Shown here: positions 34,775 to 43,345 of the stretch, piece after piece
How the letters are laid out: each line of letters begins with the position of its first letter
Position numbering within the stretch: position 1 is the stretch's first letter
The notes under the pieces: model-generated
Told to the model about the DNA's origin: nothing
Database searches by the model: none
What the model saw: only the letters and a program-made list of their open reading frames with translations
Program-made: the position numbers and the translations under genes
From: a virus
Taxonomy: Duplodnaviria > Heunggongvirae > Uroviricota > Caudoviricetes
Strand: one strand, 5' to 3'
Length of the DNA stretch: 47,737 bases
IMG/VR virus record: IMGVR_UViG_2541047873_000005

Positions 34775-34892
34775 CAGAATCCTTCCGGATAATTAGCTCT
34801 CCCCTTTAAGGGACCATCCCTCTTATCCCTGCGCGCTACTTAAGTATTTTTGATTCTATTCCGGCACCGTCCAGATCTTCAAACGCGTTGAA

Positions 34893-34923
34893 AATAAAAA
34901 CAAAAACCCGCCGAAGCGGGTTA
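34893..34923 (-). terminator. Rho-independent terminator at 3' end of hok mRNA
   Basis: Hairpin AACCCGC-ttcg-GCGGGTT followed by long U-run on the minus strand. Confidence 0.55.
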
Positions 34924-34990
34924 AGTGCGGGTGCGTTGAGGATGCCTGCCACATCAGAGGTGGCGAGGGATTTCTCCCTCGCCGGGTCTC

Positions 34991-35146
34991 TTACTCCTCA
35001 GGTTCGTAAGCTGTGAAGACAGCGACCTCCGTCTGGCCGGTTCGGATTCGTACCTCGCAGAGGTCTTTCCTCGTTACCAGTGCCGTCACTATGACGGTTA
35101 AACAGATGACGATCAGGGCGATTAACATCGCCTTTTGCTGCTTCAT
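34991..35146 (-). CDS. hokD: Hok-family membrane toxin HokD (RelF)
   Basis: 51 aa MKQQKAMLIALIVICLTVIVTALVTRKDLCEVRIRTGQTEVAVFTAYEPEE matches HokD; track ORF 34991..35203 carries an in-frame upstream extension. Confidence 0.9.
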   Translation of the reverse strand: MKQQKAMLIALIVICLTVIVTALVTRKDLCEVRIRTGQTEVAVFTAYEPEE

Positions 35147-35935
35147 AGCCTGCTTCTCCTTGCCTTTCGGCTCGTAAGAGGCTAACCTACATGTGTCTAG
35201 CATGAAATTGGCCTCAGATTAATGTTAAGCGTCTTGCAGGACGCGTAATGTTAACTGGGGCTTTTCTCTATCTGCCTTTGGTGTTCATGCCCGAGGCAGA
35301 TAGCCTCAAGCACCCGCAGCCATTCTACTTAACTACCGTTACCTCGCCAATATGAAATCAGTCAGAAAGGCGATCCATAAGAACAATAGCAAGACAATAA
35401 ATCGCCATTACAGCCGTAATAGCCAGCGCACATTTGAGAACCAGCACCACAACCTCCTGTATTGGACGTAGACCAGTCCTGATGAATATGAGGCTGTCTC
35501 GTCAGTGATTCAATACAACTATTGGGTATAGTTTCTCTGATTTTTTCTGTGGAAATGGGGCACAACCACTAGTCACCACCAGCACTTCTTTTAATACGCA
35601 AAGTCCGACACAAGCTAACCTTCTAGTCCGCTTTGAGCGAAAAACAGCCATAATTTAGTGCCACGTATATAATGATAGAGCTATTCAAGCTAGCAATTCA
35701 CATGTAAAAATTCAGAGGGTAGAAGCACATAGTTATAAATGTTGGCTCCATCGACAAATTGCGGTCTCAAGTACATTTATTAATGTTGCCCCCGCATTAA
35801 CAAATCATCAAGGTGACGACATGGACGATATTAATATCAGCCTCGACGAACTTAACACTATTGATTTATCCCCCTTAATCCTGAACCGCCCCGGGAATCC
35901 TGGAGACTAAACTTCCTGAGAAAGAGGTAAACAGG

Positions 35936-36262
35936 ATGACTAAAAATACTCGTTTTTCCCCCGAAGTCCGTCAACGGGCAGTCCGTATGGTTCTGGAAAG
36001 TCAGAGCGAATATGACTCACAATGGGCGACAATTTGTTCCATTGCTCCAAAGATTGGCTGTACGCCGGAGACTCTGCGTGTCTGGGTTCGCCAGCATGAG
36101 CGGGATACCGGGGGCGGTGATGGAGGGCTCACCACCGCTGAACGTCAGCGTCTGAAAGAGCTGGAACGTGAAAATCGTGAACTGCGCCGCAGTAACGATA
36201 TCCTTCGCCAGGCTTCCGCTTATTTTGCGAAGGCGGAGTTCGACCGCCTCTGGAAAAAATGA
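35936..36262 (+). CDS. IS629 transposase OrfA (HTH)
   Basis: 108 aa [37 protein letters not shown]...; ends next to an A6 run usable for -1 frameshift into orfB. Confidence 0.9.
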   Translation: MTKNTRFSPEVRQRAVRMVLESQSEYDSQWATICSIAPKIGCTPETLRVWVRQHERDTGGGDGGLTTAERQRLKELERENRELRRSNDILRQASAYFAKAEFDRLWKK

Positions 36263-37149
36263 TGCCACTGCTGGATAAGCTGCGTGAGCAGTACGGGGTC
36301 GGACCGCTATGCAGCGAACTGCATATTGCCCCGTCAACGTATTACCACTGTCAGCAACAGCGACATCATCCGGATAAACGCAGTGCCCGTGCGCAGCGCG
36401 ATGACTGGCTGAAGAAAGAGATACAGCGCGTATACGATGAAAATCACAAGGTATACGGTGTGCGTAAAGTCTGGCGTCAGTTGTTACGGGAAGGTATCAG
36501 AGTGGCCAGATGCACTGTGGCACGTCTCATGGCGGTTATGGGACTTGCCGGTGTTCTCCGGGGTAAAAAGGTCCGTACGACCATCAGCCGGAAAGCCGTT
36601 GCCGCAGGCGACCGCGTAAACCGTCAGTTCGTGGCAGAACGACCTGACCAGCTGTGGGTGGCTGATTTTACTTACGTCAGCACATGGCGGGGCTTCGTCT
36701 ATGTGGCGTTCATCATTGATGTGTTTGCCGGATACATCGTGGGGTGGCGGGTCTCATCGTCCATGGAAACGACATTCGTGCTGGATGCACTGGAGCAGGC
36801 GTTATGGGCCCGTCGACCGTCCGGCACGGTCCATCACAGTGATAAAGGTTCTCAGTATGTATCGCTGGCCTACACACAGCGGCTTAAGGAAGCCGGATTA
36901 CTGGCATCAACAGGAAGTACAGGCGACTCGTATGACAACGCGATGGCGGAGAGCATCAATGGTCTTTACAAAGCGGAGGTAATACACCGTAAGAGCTGGA
37001 AAAACCGTGCAGAAGTGGAACTGGCCACACTCACGTGGGTGGACTGGTATAACAATCGACGATTGCTGGAAAGGCTGGGCCATACTCCTCCGGCAGAAGC
37101 AGAAAAAGCTTATTATGCTTCCATCGGAAACGATGATCTGGCAGCCTGA
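36259..37149 (+). CDS. IS629 transposase OrfB (DDE integrase core)
   Basis: 296 aa, -1 frame overlap with orfA; DDE motifs (WVADFTY..., HSDKGSQY..., DNAMAES). Confidence 0.9.
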   Translation: MMPLLDKLREQYGVGPLCSELHIAPSTYYHCQQQRHHPDKRSARAQRDDWLKKEIQRVYDENHKVYGVRKVWRQLLREGIRVARCTVARLMAVMGLAGVLRGKKVRTTISRKAVAAGDRVNRQFVAERPDQLWVADFTYVSTWRGFVYVAFIIDVFAGYIVGWRVSSSMETTFVLDALEQALWARRPSGTVHHSDKGSQYVSLAYTQRLKEAGLLASTGSTGDSYDNAMAESINGLYKAEVIHRKSWKNRAEVELATLTWVDWYNNRRLLERLGHTPPAEAEKAYYASIGNDDLAA

Positions 37150-37385
37150 GTTCACAGATAAAACACTCTCCAGGAAACCCGGGGCGGTTCATCCAGAGTA
37201 AGCTGCCAGTTACCTGCTTTGATATCACAAAGTATCTTTCTAGCCTAGGTGATGGAAGAGCGGAGATAAGACTGCTAACCCATATTTGCGGTTTTCACTT
37301 TCGTCCCGAAAATCCACAGGTACCATTTGGTCCGTGCTTTCAAAGCAGCCAAGGTAGATCTGCAATTCCGGATGACATTAACGGG

Positions 37386-38921
37386 TTGTCGCTGGAGGTA
37401 CTTTCTCAATTTTGCCCGACGATAGAGCTACCCGAACTTCAAGCTCGTATTGCTGATACACTTTGGGTTCGTAAAATTGGTGGAATCCGTTTTCCTTTGC
37501 TGGCAGTCCGTGCTTATTATGCGTCCAGTATAGCTATTATGACATCGCAAGGGACGTGGGTTAGTGCTTTAGAACGCCTAGAGCGTGCGCTTAGGCTGTG
37601 TTGTTTTTTTCGAAAGAATACTGATTTCAGGGATGAATTTGATCAGCTTTCGGCACATCTACTAGCAGAGTATGAACGTACCAGAGAACAAGGCGATTCA
37701 CCTTATCCGCTGCGACTCCTGCAACTCGATATCGACTGTAAAGTGAGTGAGCCATCTTTTATTGCCCAGGAACTCCTGTTTCTGACAAAAAACTATCTGG
37801 CTCAAAAATTATTTTCATTTGCCGTCGATGCCTGTAAAACCGCAATCACGATTGCGAATAGGTGCTGTGACAGAGATACACAGTTTGAATTCTGGCGGCT
37901 TCTTGCCGATACACATCTGGAAGAGTCAAAATTCCAAGATGGCGGTATGATTTCGGCAGCCTGCATGCAGAATGCTATTGAAGCACTGGCTAATATTCCA
38001 GGAACCCGAATAGAACGTCTTGCGCTGTATGAAGAAATGCGTGATTACCAAATCGAATCCCGTCACCAGATGTCTATCCTTCAGTCTCCCCCTCAAGATA
38101 TTAGTGAGATTGTCCATCAAGCCAAGAGTCGGGTAGTCGGAAGAGATATGTTTGATATGGTTTTCAGACTTGCGATGCTGGTCTGTCGGCCAACCAGCAT
38201 TGAGAGACTTAAGGCTCAAGCAATAGAACAAAAGGCCAACAGCATAGCTTGGATGTTTGGATCAACACATATTGATCATGAGGGAATGACACTTGCTCGC
38301 ATACCCGCAGGATTGGGGATTGATGATGCAAATGGGGCAGTTATTTGGCCCATAATGATGACGAGAATGCGTATCGACCATGAGTTGGCAGTAGCTGGGC
38401 AAATTATTCCTGCTACAGATGAGATCACAATGAAATATCCAATCTCGGAGGCGTTTTTTCGCGATATGTTCATCAATCATCCCTTCATCCCGTTTGGGCA
38501 TGAAGAGTTTTTCATCAAGGGTATGGTTTGCGGTTTCAATGGAGATTTTATGACGGCATGCCACGTGTTGATTCCCCAGATCGAAAATAGTCTGAGATAT
38601 GTGGCTAAAATTAAAGGTGAGGAACCATCGCAGCTTCACGGGGACGGTTCGCAAGAGCGAAATGGACTCAAGGGATTACTAGATAATCCACTGATTATTG
38701 AAGCTTTCGGCGTAGACATAATTGGCAATCTTCAGGCCTTACTGGTAGATAAAATCTATGGTGATTTACGAAATCAACTAGCTCACGGATATGTGCCTGC
38801 CGGTTACTACAATCAACCTCCCTGCATTTTTGCATGGTGGCTTGTATTGCACATTCTAATGAACCCTACGGCGAGATACTGGCAAGCCACTTATGGCCAA
38901 GAGAGTGAGGCTCAGACTTAA
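37386..38921 (+). CDS. 3' fragment (511 codons) of the IS629-disrupted gene
   Basis: Track ORF from TTG at 37386; contains DLRNQLAHGY near the C-terminus (about 38768..38785). Confidence 0.5.
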   Translation: MSLEVLSQFCPTIELPELQARIADTLWVRKIGGIRFPLLAVRAYYASSIAIMTSQGTWVSALERLERALRLCCFFRKNTDFRDEFDQLSAHLLAEYERTREQGDSPYPLRLLQLDIDCKVSEPSFIAQELLFLTKNYLAQKLFSFAVDACKTAITIANRCCDRDTQFEFWRLLADTHLEESKFQDGGMISAACMQNAIEALANIPGTRIERLALYEEMRDYQIESRHQMSILQSPPQDISEIVHQAKSRVVGRDMFDMVFRLAMLVCRPTSIERLKAQAIEQKANSIAWMFGSTHIDHEGMTLARIPAGLGIDDANGAVIWPIMMTRMRIDHELAVAGQIIPATDEITMKYPISEAFFRDMFINHPFIPFGHEEFFIKGMVCGFNGDFMTACHVLIPQIENSLRYVAKIKGEEPSQLHGDGSQERNGLKGLLDNPLIIEAFGVDIIGNLQALLVDKIYGDLRNQLAHGYVPAGYYNQPPCIFAWWLVLHILMNPTARYWQATYGQESEAQT

Positions 38922-39139
38922 AGTGAATAAGTTTACGAAGTTGGCACTTCCGGATGCATGTCCATATGAGTTGAGGCGATTTGGTTAATAAGGTTGAGTG
39001 CTGCTGAAATTATTCGATGTCCGCTTTTGGCACAAAGCGGACAACCACGCCAGATCTACCCTGTGCCATGAAAAATGAGAATGTCAATTCACTCCTGAAC
39101 TAATGCTTTTTAATCTAGTAACGTCTAAAATACCTAACA

Positions 39140-39541
39140 TTATCCCTGATAAAATGCCAGTATGCGCTGCATAACTTCACTCATCCGGCACTCGCGACAG
39201 ATTATGTTTAGGCGACTGTCGTAGCGACGTATTTCTCCATCAGGTAACGACCAGATAAGGTCCGGATCAACCACAGCTGTTTTCTTCACCTTTGCCCTCG
39301 AGAGTTTTTTGCGGGCGTTTTGCCAGTCCTTACGCGCCTGTTCAGACGGGAATAACCCGTAGCCGGAGTTGTATACATCGCCACTGGCTACCAGCTCTCT
39401 GGCAAGAACGCTCATCAGATATCTAGTCGCACCTGTTTTAGCTTCCAGTTGCCGTAACGTCTCACGACCGCTCTGGCGCACGAGTTCCACCACCTGCCCT
39501 TTAATTTTTTCCCGCTCTTCTTGTGTAAAAACTTTTGCCAC
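39140..39541 (-). CDS. Hypothetical protein (133 aa) downstream of replication initiator
   Basis: ORF in the position normally held by a P/DnaC-like loader but far too small; no recognised motif. Confidence 0.45.
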   Translation of the reverse strand: MAKVFTQEEREKIKGQVVELVRQSGRETLRQLEAKTGATRYLMSVLARELVASGDVYNSGYGLFPSEQARKDWQNARKKLSRAKVKKTAVVDPDLIWSLPDGEIRRYDSRLNIICRECRMSEVMQRILAFYQG

Positions 39542-39581
39542 AAGTCCCCCTTAAAATTACCTCATGACCTGAAATCAAAAC

Positions 39582-40601
39582 TTATCCTCTGAAACCAGGC
39601 GGAATTTCTGTATCCGGTTCAGAAATATGATTAACACAACGCTGTACAGGTGAACGCCCCAGGCGGATGACCAGTTCGTCCCATTTTTCGCGGAGCTTTG
39701 ACGGGCTCATGATGTTTTTTACCCAGAATGGATCCCGCTGTACCCGACCAAACATTTCACAAATTTGTCTGTGGCTTCTGCCATCCAGCATCCGCATTGT
39801 GCGCACATCATTGGCCCAGACAGTCCAGTTAGGCTCTTTTGGTCGCATGATCTCGCCATCATCACTGGCGGCCTGTTCGTAGAGACCCACGATCCGCCCC
39901 CATATCCACTGCGCACACGCCAGATCCTCCTGGCTACCCCACTGGCGTTTTTTCGCACTAAACACAACTGCGCCAGGGTGCCGGATTAAAAAATCCTGTT
40001 CAGCCGTCTGCGGGTCCGGTTGCGAAGCTTCCGGACGAAAAGTGTTTTTATTCTCTGTAGTAATCTCTGTTGTATTCTCTGTAGGATCATCGGGCCATTT
40101 TGACCCGATGACATTGGGTCGTTTTGAACCAATGGAGCGTTTCATTTTGACCTCTTCCATCGTGTCATTTTGACCTGATGGAGCGGCGCATTTTGAACCG
40201 ATGGATTCGCTCAATTTGCCATCATCTAAAAGCTCGCTTCCATAGTTAATCGTGTAGAAATTGGTCATATCGCGCTTTGATTTATTGAGCTTTTCACAAC
40301 GCAAAAGCCCCAGCGTTTTCAGACTTGCAAACGCGCGCTTTAACGTTGACTCTGACCAGAATGGGAACTGTTCCAGCCATTGTTCCGTTGTGTTGTAAAT
40401 CCAGCGAACACCATCACATTCCATGCCGGAATTGGTATCTCTCAACCAGTAATGCAACTGCTGCAACACAATGGCTTCATTTAAGCCAATCTTCATCGCA
40501 AGCTGTGTGTTTATAACCAGTGGGCGTTCAGCAAAAAGAAGGCTCATAATTCCATCCAGCTTTTTGTTGGTATTGCTGTCGATACGCAAGTTTGAAAGCA
40601 A
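39582..40601 (-). CDS. Replication initiator protein (lambda O-like) containing ori iterons
   Basis: 339 aa with N-terminal HTH-like domain; repeated IGSK protein motif encoded by DNA iterons; next to cro/cI-like genes. Confidence 0.7.
   Translation of the reverse strand: MLSNLRIDSNTNKKLDGIMSLLFAERPLVINTQLAMKIGLNEAIVLQQLHYWLRDTNSGMECDGVRWIYNTTEQWLEQFPFWSESTLKRAFASLKTLGLLRCEKLNKSKRDMTNFYTINYGSELLDDGKLSESIGSKCAAPSGQNDTMEEVKMKRSIGSKRPNVIGSKWPDDPTENTTEITTENKNTFRPEASQPDPQTAEQDFLIRHPGAVVFSAKKRQWGSQEDLACAQWIWGRIVGLYEQAASDDGEIMRPKEPNWTVWANDVRTMRMLDGRSHRQICEMFGRVQRDPFWVKNIMSPSKLREKWDELVIRLGRSPVQRCVNHISEPDTEIPPGFRG
40045..40210. repeat. Candidate origin of replication: five ~16-bp iterons (cATTTTGAcCyGATGG) at ~23-bp spacing plus adjacent TTCTCTGT direct repeats
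   Basis: Copies at about 40096, 40120, 40143, 40166 and 40189; three TTCTCTGTAG-like repeats at 40049..40084; all inside the O-like gene as in lambda. Confidence 0.6.
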
Positions 40602-41049
40602 TTGCTTTTTCTATAAGTTCGTCAGTTTCACGATCCACTACGGCAGGATCAGCAAAAAGCAGTCCGGACTCCACCACATCGCCATATTCTTTGTTTAACC
40701 CGGCGATCATGTACGTGATGCTTTTTCCGTCACTAATTTCACGATACAACCTGAAATCATTAATCCGGATAGCCTCCATAATTGCAGGCACTAGCGCCGT
40801 GAACTTTTCACGCTTATCCCTGGTGTCGATAGCCTTCCAGCGTTCGAATATCTTCACTCGATTAACGCCAAGCGCTCGCTGATCAACCGCGCCACCTTCA
40901 TCTGTGACACGCTGAACATCGATGTTCGGGCGCTCTTTCAAAGCCCAGAATGCTTCAGTGATTAATATCGTCGCCTGCTCCTGTGTCATTCCTGGTCGAC
41001 ATATCCAGGCATCCAGAGCCTCACGAGCCTGTTCAGGAGTGATTTTCAT
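40528..41049 (-). CDS. Hypothetical protein (173 aa) in the cII/YdaT position
   Basis: ORF between cro-like gene and replication initiator; weak resemblance to Rac YdaT around KREKFTALVPAI. Confidence 0.45.
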   Translation of the reverse strand: MKITPEQAREALDAWICRPGMTQEQATILITEAFWALKERPNIDVQRVTDEGGAVDQRALGVNRVKIFERWKAIDTRDKREKFTALVPAIMEAIRINDFRLYREISDGKSITYMIAGLNKEYGDVVESGLLFADPAVVDRETDELIEKAIAFKLAYRQQYQQKAGWNYEPSFC

Positions 41050-41260
41050 TGTTCAACCGCCCCGCCCGCTTCGTCTTACGATATTCGTCATAAACCTTGG
41101 GATCATACAGAAGCTCGCCGCCAGATGCCTCCTGTAGACGCATCGCGCGACCTTCAGGAACCAGCTCTTGCCATTGAGAAACAGCAGATGGGTCAACGCC
41201 AGCAGCTTTCGCTACTTTGGCTTTCGTACCGTAAAAATTAATTACGTCTGATTTAAACAT
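41033..41260 (-). CDS. dicC: Cro-like repressor DicC
   Basis: 75 aa; C-terminal half LVPEGRAMRLQEASGGELLYDPKVYDEYRKTKRAGRLNNENHS matches recalled K-12 DicC; divergent from dicA. Confidence 0.75.
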   Translation of the reverse strand: MFKSDVINFYGTKAKVAKAAGVDPSAVSQWQELVPEGRAMRLQEASGGELLYDPKVYDEYRKTKRAGRLNNENHS

Positions 41261-41337
41261 CGCACCTCCAGTATTGAGTTTTCTCAATGCTAATCACTCA
41301 AGGAATCTCAAGTCAAGGGTTATTAAGATATCTAAAT
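41261..41337. promoter_or_regulatory. dicC-dicA divergent promoter/operator region
   Basis: 77-bp gap between divergent repressor genes; palindrome TTGAG-tttt-CTCAA at 41274..41287 and tandem CTCAAG repeats. Confidence 0.4.
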
Positions 41338-41745
41338 ATGAACGAGAAAACTTTAGGTCAACGCATTAGAGAAAGACGTAAGCAGGTAGGTTTAAGTCAA
41401 AACGGTTTAAGCAAAGCTGCTGGCGTATCTGGCTCATCAATTTCATTATGGGAAAGTGACCATACAGCCCCGCGCGGGCAAAATTTGCATCGCCTCGCCG
41501 AGGTATTGCAATGTTCACCAACCTGGATACTGTTTGGCGACGAGGACAAAACACCAGCTCCCCCTGTTTCACTCGATAGTGCCTTAGACTTATCGGAAGA
41601 TGAGTTAGAGATGCTGCGTTTGTATCGCGCACTTCCTAAATCAGAGCAACAAGCACAACTCAGCGAACTCCGCGCCCGCGTTGAGAATTTTAATCGCCTG
41701 TTCACCGAGCTATTAGAGGCTCGCAAACGCAACAAGCATCAATAA
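41338..41745 (+). CDS. dicA: cI-like repressor DicA (HTH XRE family)
   Basis: 135 aa from MNEKTLGQRIRERRKQ...; shares VLQCSPTWILFGDEDK and C-terminal pattern with K-12 DicA. Confidence 0.8.
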   Translation: MNEKTLGQRIRERRKQVGLSQNGLSKAAGVSGSSISLWESDHTAPRGQNLHRLAEVLQCSPTWILFGDEDKTPAPPVSLDSALDLSEDELEMLRLYRALPKSEQQAQLSELRARVENFNRLFTELLEARKRNKHQ

Positions 41746-41937
41746 TCATCCCTTCACAAAATTTTAAAGCCTTACATTTCAATGTATTGGCTTTATCTTG
41801 CGCCAATACTTGAGTTTTCTCATCAAAAAGCCTTGACGAAAAATAATGAGAAAACTAAATTACCTCCATCAACACACCGCACGGTGTTCTCAGCAAACAG
41901 TTCCGCTACCCCGGCGTTAAGGGGAAATGAGGTCAGC

Positions 41938-42093
41938 ATGGATACTATCGATCTTGGCAACAACGAATCTCTGGTGTACGGCGTGTTTCCAAACCAGGAC
42001 GGCACGTTCACCGCAATGACGTATACCAAAAGCAAAACGTTTAAAACCGAAAATGGTGCCCGTCGCTGGCTGGAAAGAAACTCAGGTGAGTGA
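41938..42093 (+). CDS. ydfA: YdfA (DUF1391)
   Basis: 51 aa MDTIDLGNNESLVYGVFPNQDGTFTAMTYTKSKTFKTENGARRWLERNSGE; RBS GAGG before ATG. Confidence 0.7.
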   Translation: MDTIDLGNNESLVYGVFPNQDGTFTAMTYTKSKTFKTENGARRWLERNSGE

Positions 42094-42094
42094 T

Positions 42095-42670
42095 ATGGAT
42101 TTCGACACAATCATGGAAAAGGCTTACGAAGAATACTTCGAAGGCCTTGCCGAAGGCGAAGAAGCTCTCAGCTTCAGTGAGTTTAAACAGGCACTCAGAA
42201 TAAGAATGCGCTCTCACAATGACGCGGAGCACAAATATGAGAAGCAAAATCAGACCGCAGAAAATTTTGTTCTGGAACCCGGAGAAACGCTTTTCAAAAT
42301 TCCCGTTACGTGCCCCATTTGCGGTTTTACATCAGAAGAACTTGACGACTCCTGTAACAATCAGGAAACAACCAAGTATGTCGAAGATGATACCGAGTGC
42401 GCACGAAGAACGATTATATCCACGAGTCCAAACTCCAGGACCAATAAATCTCACTTTGAGAGGGTGATTAATCCACTCCCCCAAACCAATAAAAAAGATG
42501 CCGGAGGACAAAAAAACCAATGGAACAACGGGATATCTGTCAAAAAAAGACGTTCCATTAAAGACAAACAACGCAGCGCCAACAACTGTAAGCGCTTTAT
42601 ACCAGTAATCAATTTTCATGTTCTTAAGCGGATTTATTGGTGGTTGCGACATTGCTTAATGAATCCTTAA
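42095..42670 (+). CDS. YdfB/YdfC-like protein (single ORF here)
   Basis: Starts MDFDTIMEKAYEEYFEGLAEGEEALSFSEFKQAL (YdfB-like) and continues to a basic C-terminus; start taken just after ydfA. Confidence 0.5.
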   Translation: MDFDTIMEKAYEEYFEGLAEGEEALSFSEFKQALRIRMRSHNDAEHKYEKQNQTAENFVLEPGETLFKIPVTCPICGFTSEELDDSCNNQETTKYVEDDTECARRTIISTSPNSRTNKSHFERVINPLPQTNKKDAGGQKNQWNNGISVKKRRSIKDKQRSANNCKRFIPVINFHVLKRIYWWLRHCLMNP

Positions 42671-42928
42671 AACTGTGGTGATTTTAAGGATACCACCTCG
42701 CCTGACGTGGTTAAAAGCAGGCACACAACACGAAAGCGCACGGCGAAGTTCGTCTCACTGTACGGTGTCGTCAAATTTAATTCGACCGTGCGCTTCCGGT
42801 TGTGGCAACCCGCGAAATGGCGCGGCGGTAAGTATGGCGGGGTTATTCCTTCCCCGTTGAGGACACCGAGTTGTCAGGTTGACCATACGCTTAAGCGACA
42901 ACCCCGCTGCAACGCCCTCTGTTATCAA

Positions 42929-42987
42929 TTTTCTGGTGACGTTTGGCGGTATCAGTTTTACTCCGTGACTGCTCTGCCGCCGTTTTT
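42929..42987 (+). ncRNA. dicF: DicF small RNA (ftsZ-targeting, Hfq-dependent) with intrinsic terminator
   Basis: TTTCTGGTGACGTTTGGCGGTATCAGTTTTACTCCGTGACTGCTCTGCCGCC followed by T5 matches the recalled DicF sequence; located between ydfC and dicB. Confidence 0.85.
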
Positions 42988-43156
42988 AAAGTGAATTTTG
43001 TGATGCGGTGAATGCGGCTAAGCGCACGCGGAACAGTTAAAACCAAAAACAGTGTTATGGGTGGATTCTCTGTATCCGGCGTTAATTGTTAACTGGTTAA
43101 CGTCACCTGGAGGCACCAGGCACTGCATCACAAAATTCATTGTTGAGGACGCGATA

Positions 43157-43345
43157 ATGAAAACGTTATTACCAAACGTTAATACGTCTGAAGGTTGTTT
43201 TGAAATTGGTGTCACTATCAGTAACCCTGTATTTACTGAAGATGCCATTAACAAGAGAAAACAAGAACGGGAGCTATTAAATAAAATATGCATTGTTTCA
43301 ATGCTGGCTCGTTTACGTCTGATGCCAAAAGGATGTGCACAATGA
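43157..43345 (+). CDS. dicB: Cell division inhibitor DicB (MinC activator)
   Basis: 62 aa MKTLLPNVNTSEGCFEIGVTISNPVFTEDAINKRKQERELLNKICIVSMLARLRLMPKGCAQ. Confidence 0.9.
   Translation: MKTLLPNVNTSEGCFEIGVTISNPVFTEDAINKRKQERELLNKICIVSMLARLRLMPKGCAQ

Larger units (their letters stand above)
35882..37191 (+). mobile_element. IS629 (IS3 family), 1310 bp, flanked by 3-bp TCC target duplication
   Basis: Terminal inverted repeats TGAACCGCCCCGGG at 35882 and its complement ending 37191; TCC at 35879..35881 and 37192..37194; orfA/orfB match recalled IS629 transposase. Confidence 0.9.
35821..38921 (+). pseudogene. Gene for ~595-aa protein with C-terminal HEPN-like Rx4H motif, interrupted after codon 20 by IS629
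   Basis: ATG at 35821 with AGGTGA RBS; first 20 codons end at IS629 left end; reading frame resumes in phase at IS629 right end (after the TCC duplication) and runs with no stop into track ORF 37386..38921. Confidence 0.65.

Noticed and set aside
35147-35203. In-frame N-terminal extension of Hok (70-aa track ORF)
   Set aside because: Hok family proteins are about 50 aa and the recalled HokD sequence starts at the internal Met (35146); the extension is probably untranslated leader.
35362-35565. 67-aa Cys/Gly-rich minus-strand ORF upstream of hok
   Set aside because: No RBS, odd composition, and it overlaps the hok leader and promoter region; more likely regulatory RNA sequence than a gene.
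34991-35881. relBE toxin-antitoxin operon upstream of hokD
   Set aside because: Expected from K-12 Qin, but no RelE-like or RelB-like ORF exists here; the region holds the hok leader and the start of the IS629-disrupted gene.
40045-40210. Possible CRISPR-like array (short direct repeats with regular spacing)
   Set aside because: Repeats are only ~16 bp, imperfect, 23-bp spaced, inside a coding sequence and next to AT-rich repeats; this is the iteron/ori pattern. No cas genes or leader in the window.
43052-43156. N-terminal extension of DicB in the 97-aa track ORF
   Set aside because: DicB is 62 aa and the recalled sequence starts at the internal ATG (43157); the upstream part overlaps the DicF terminator region.
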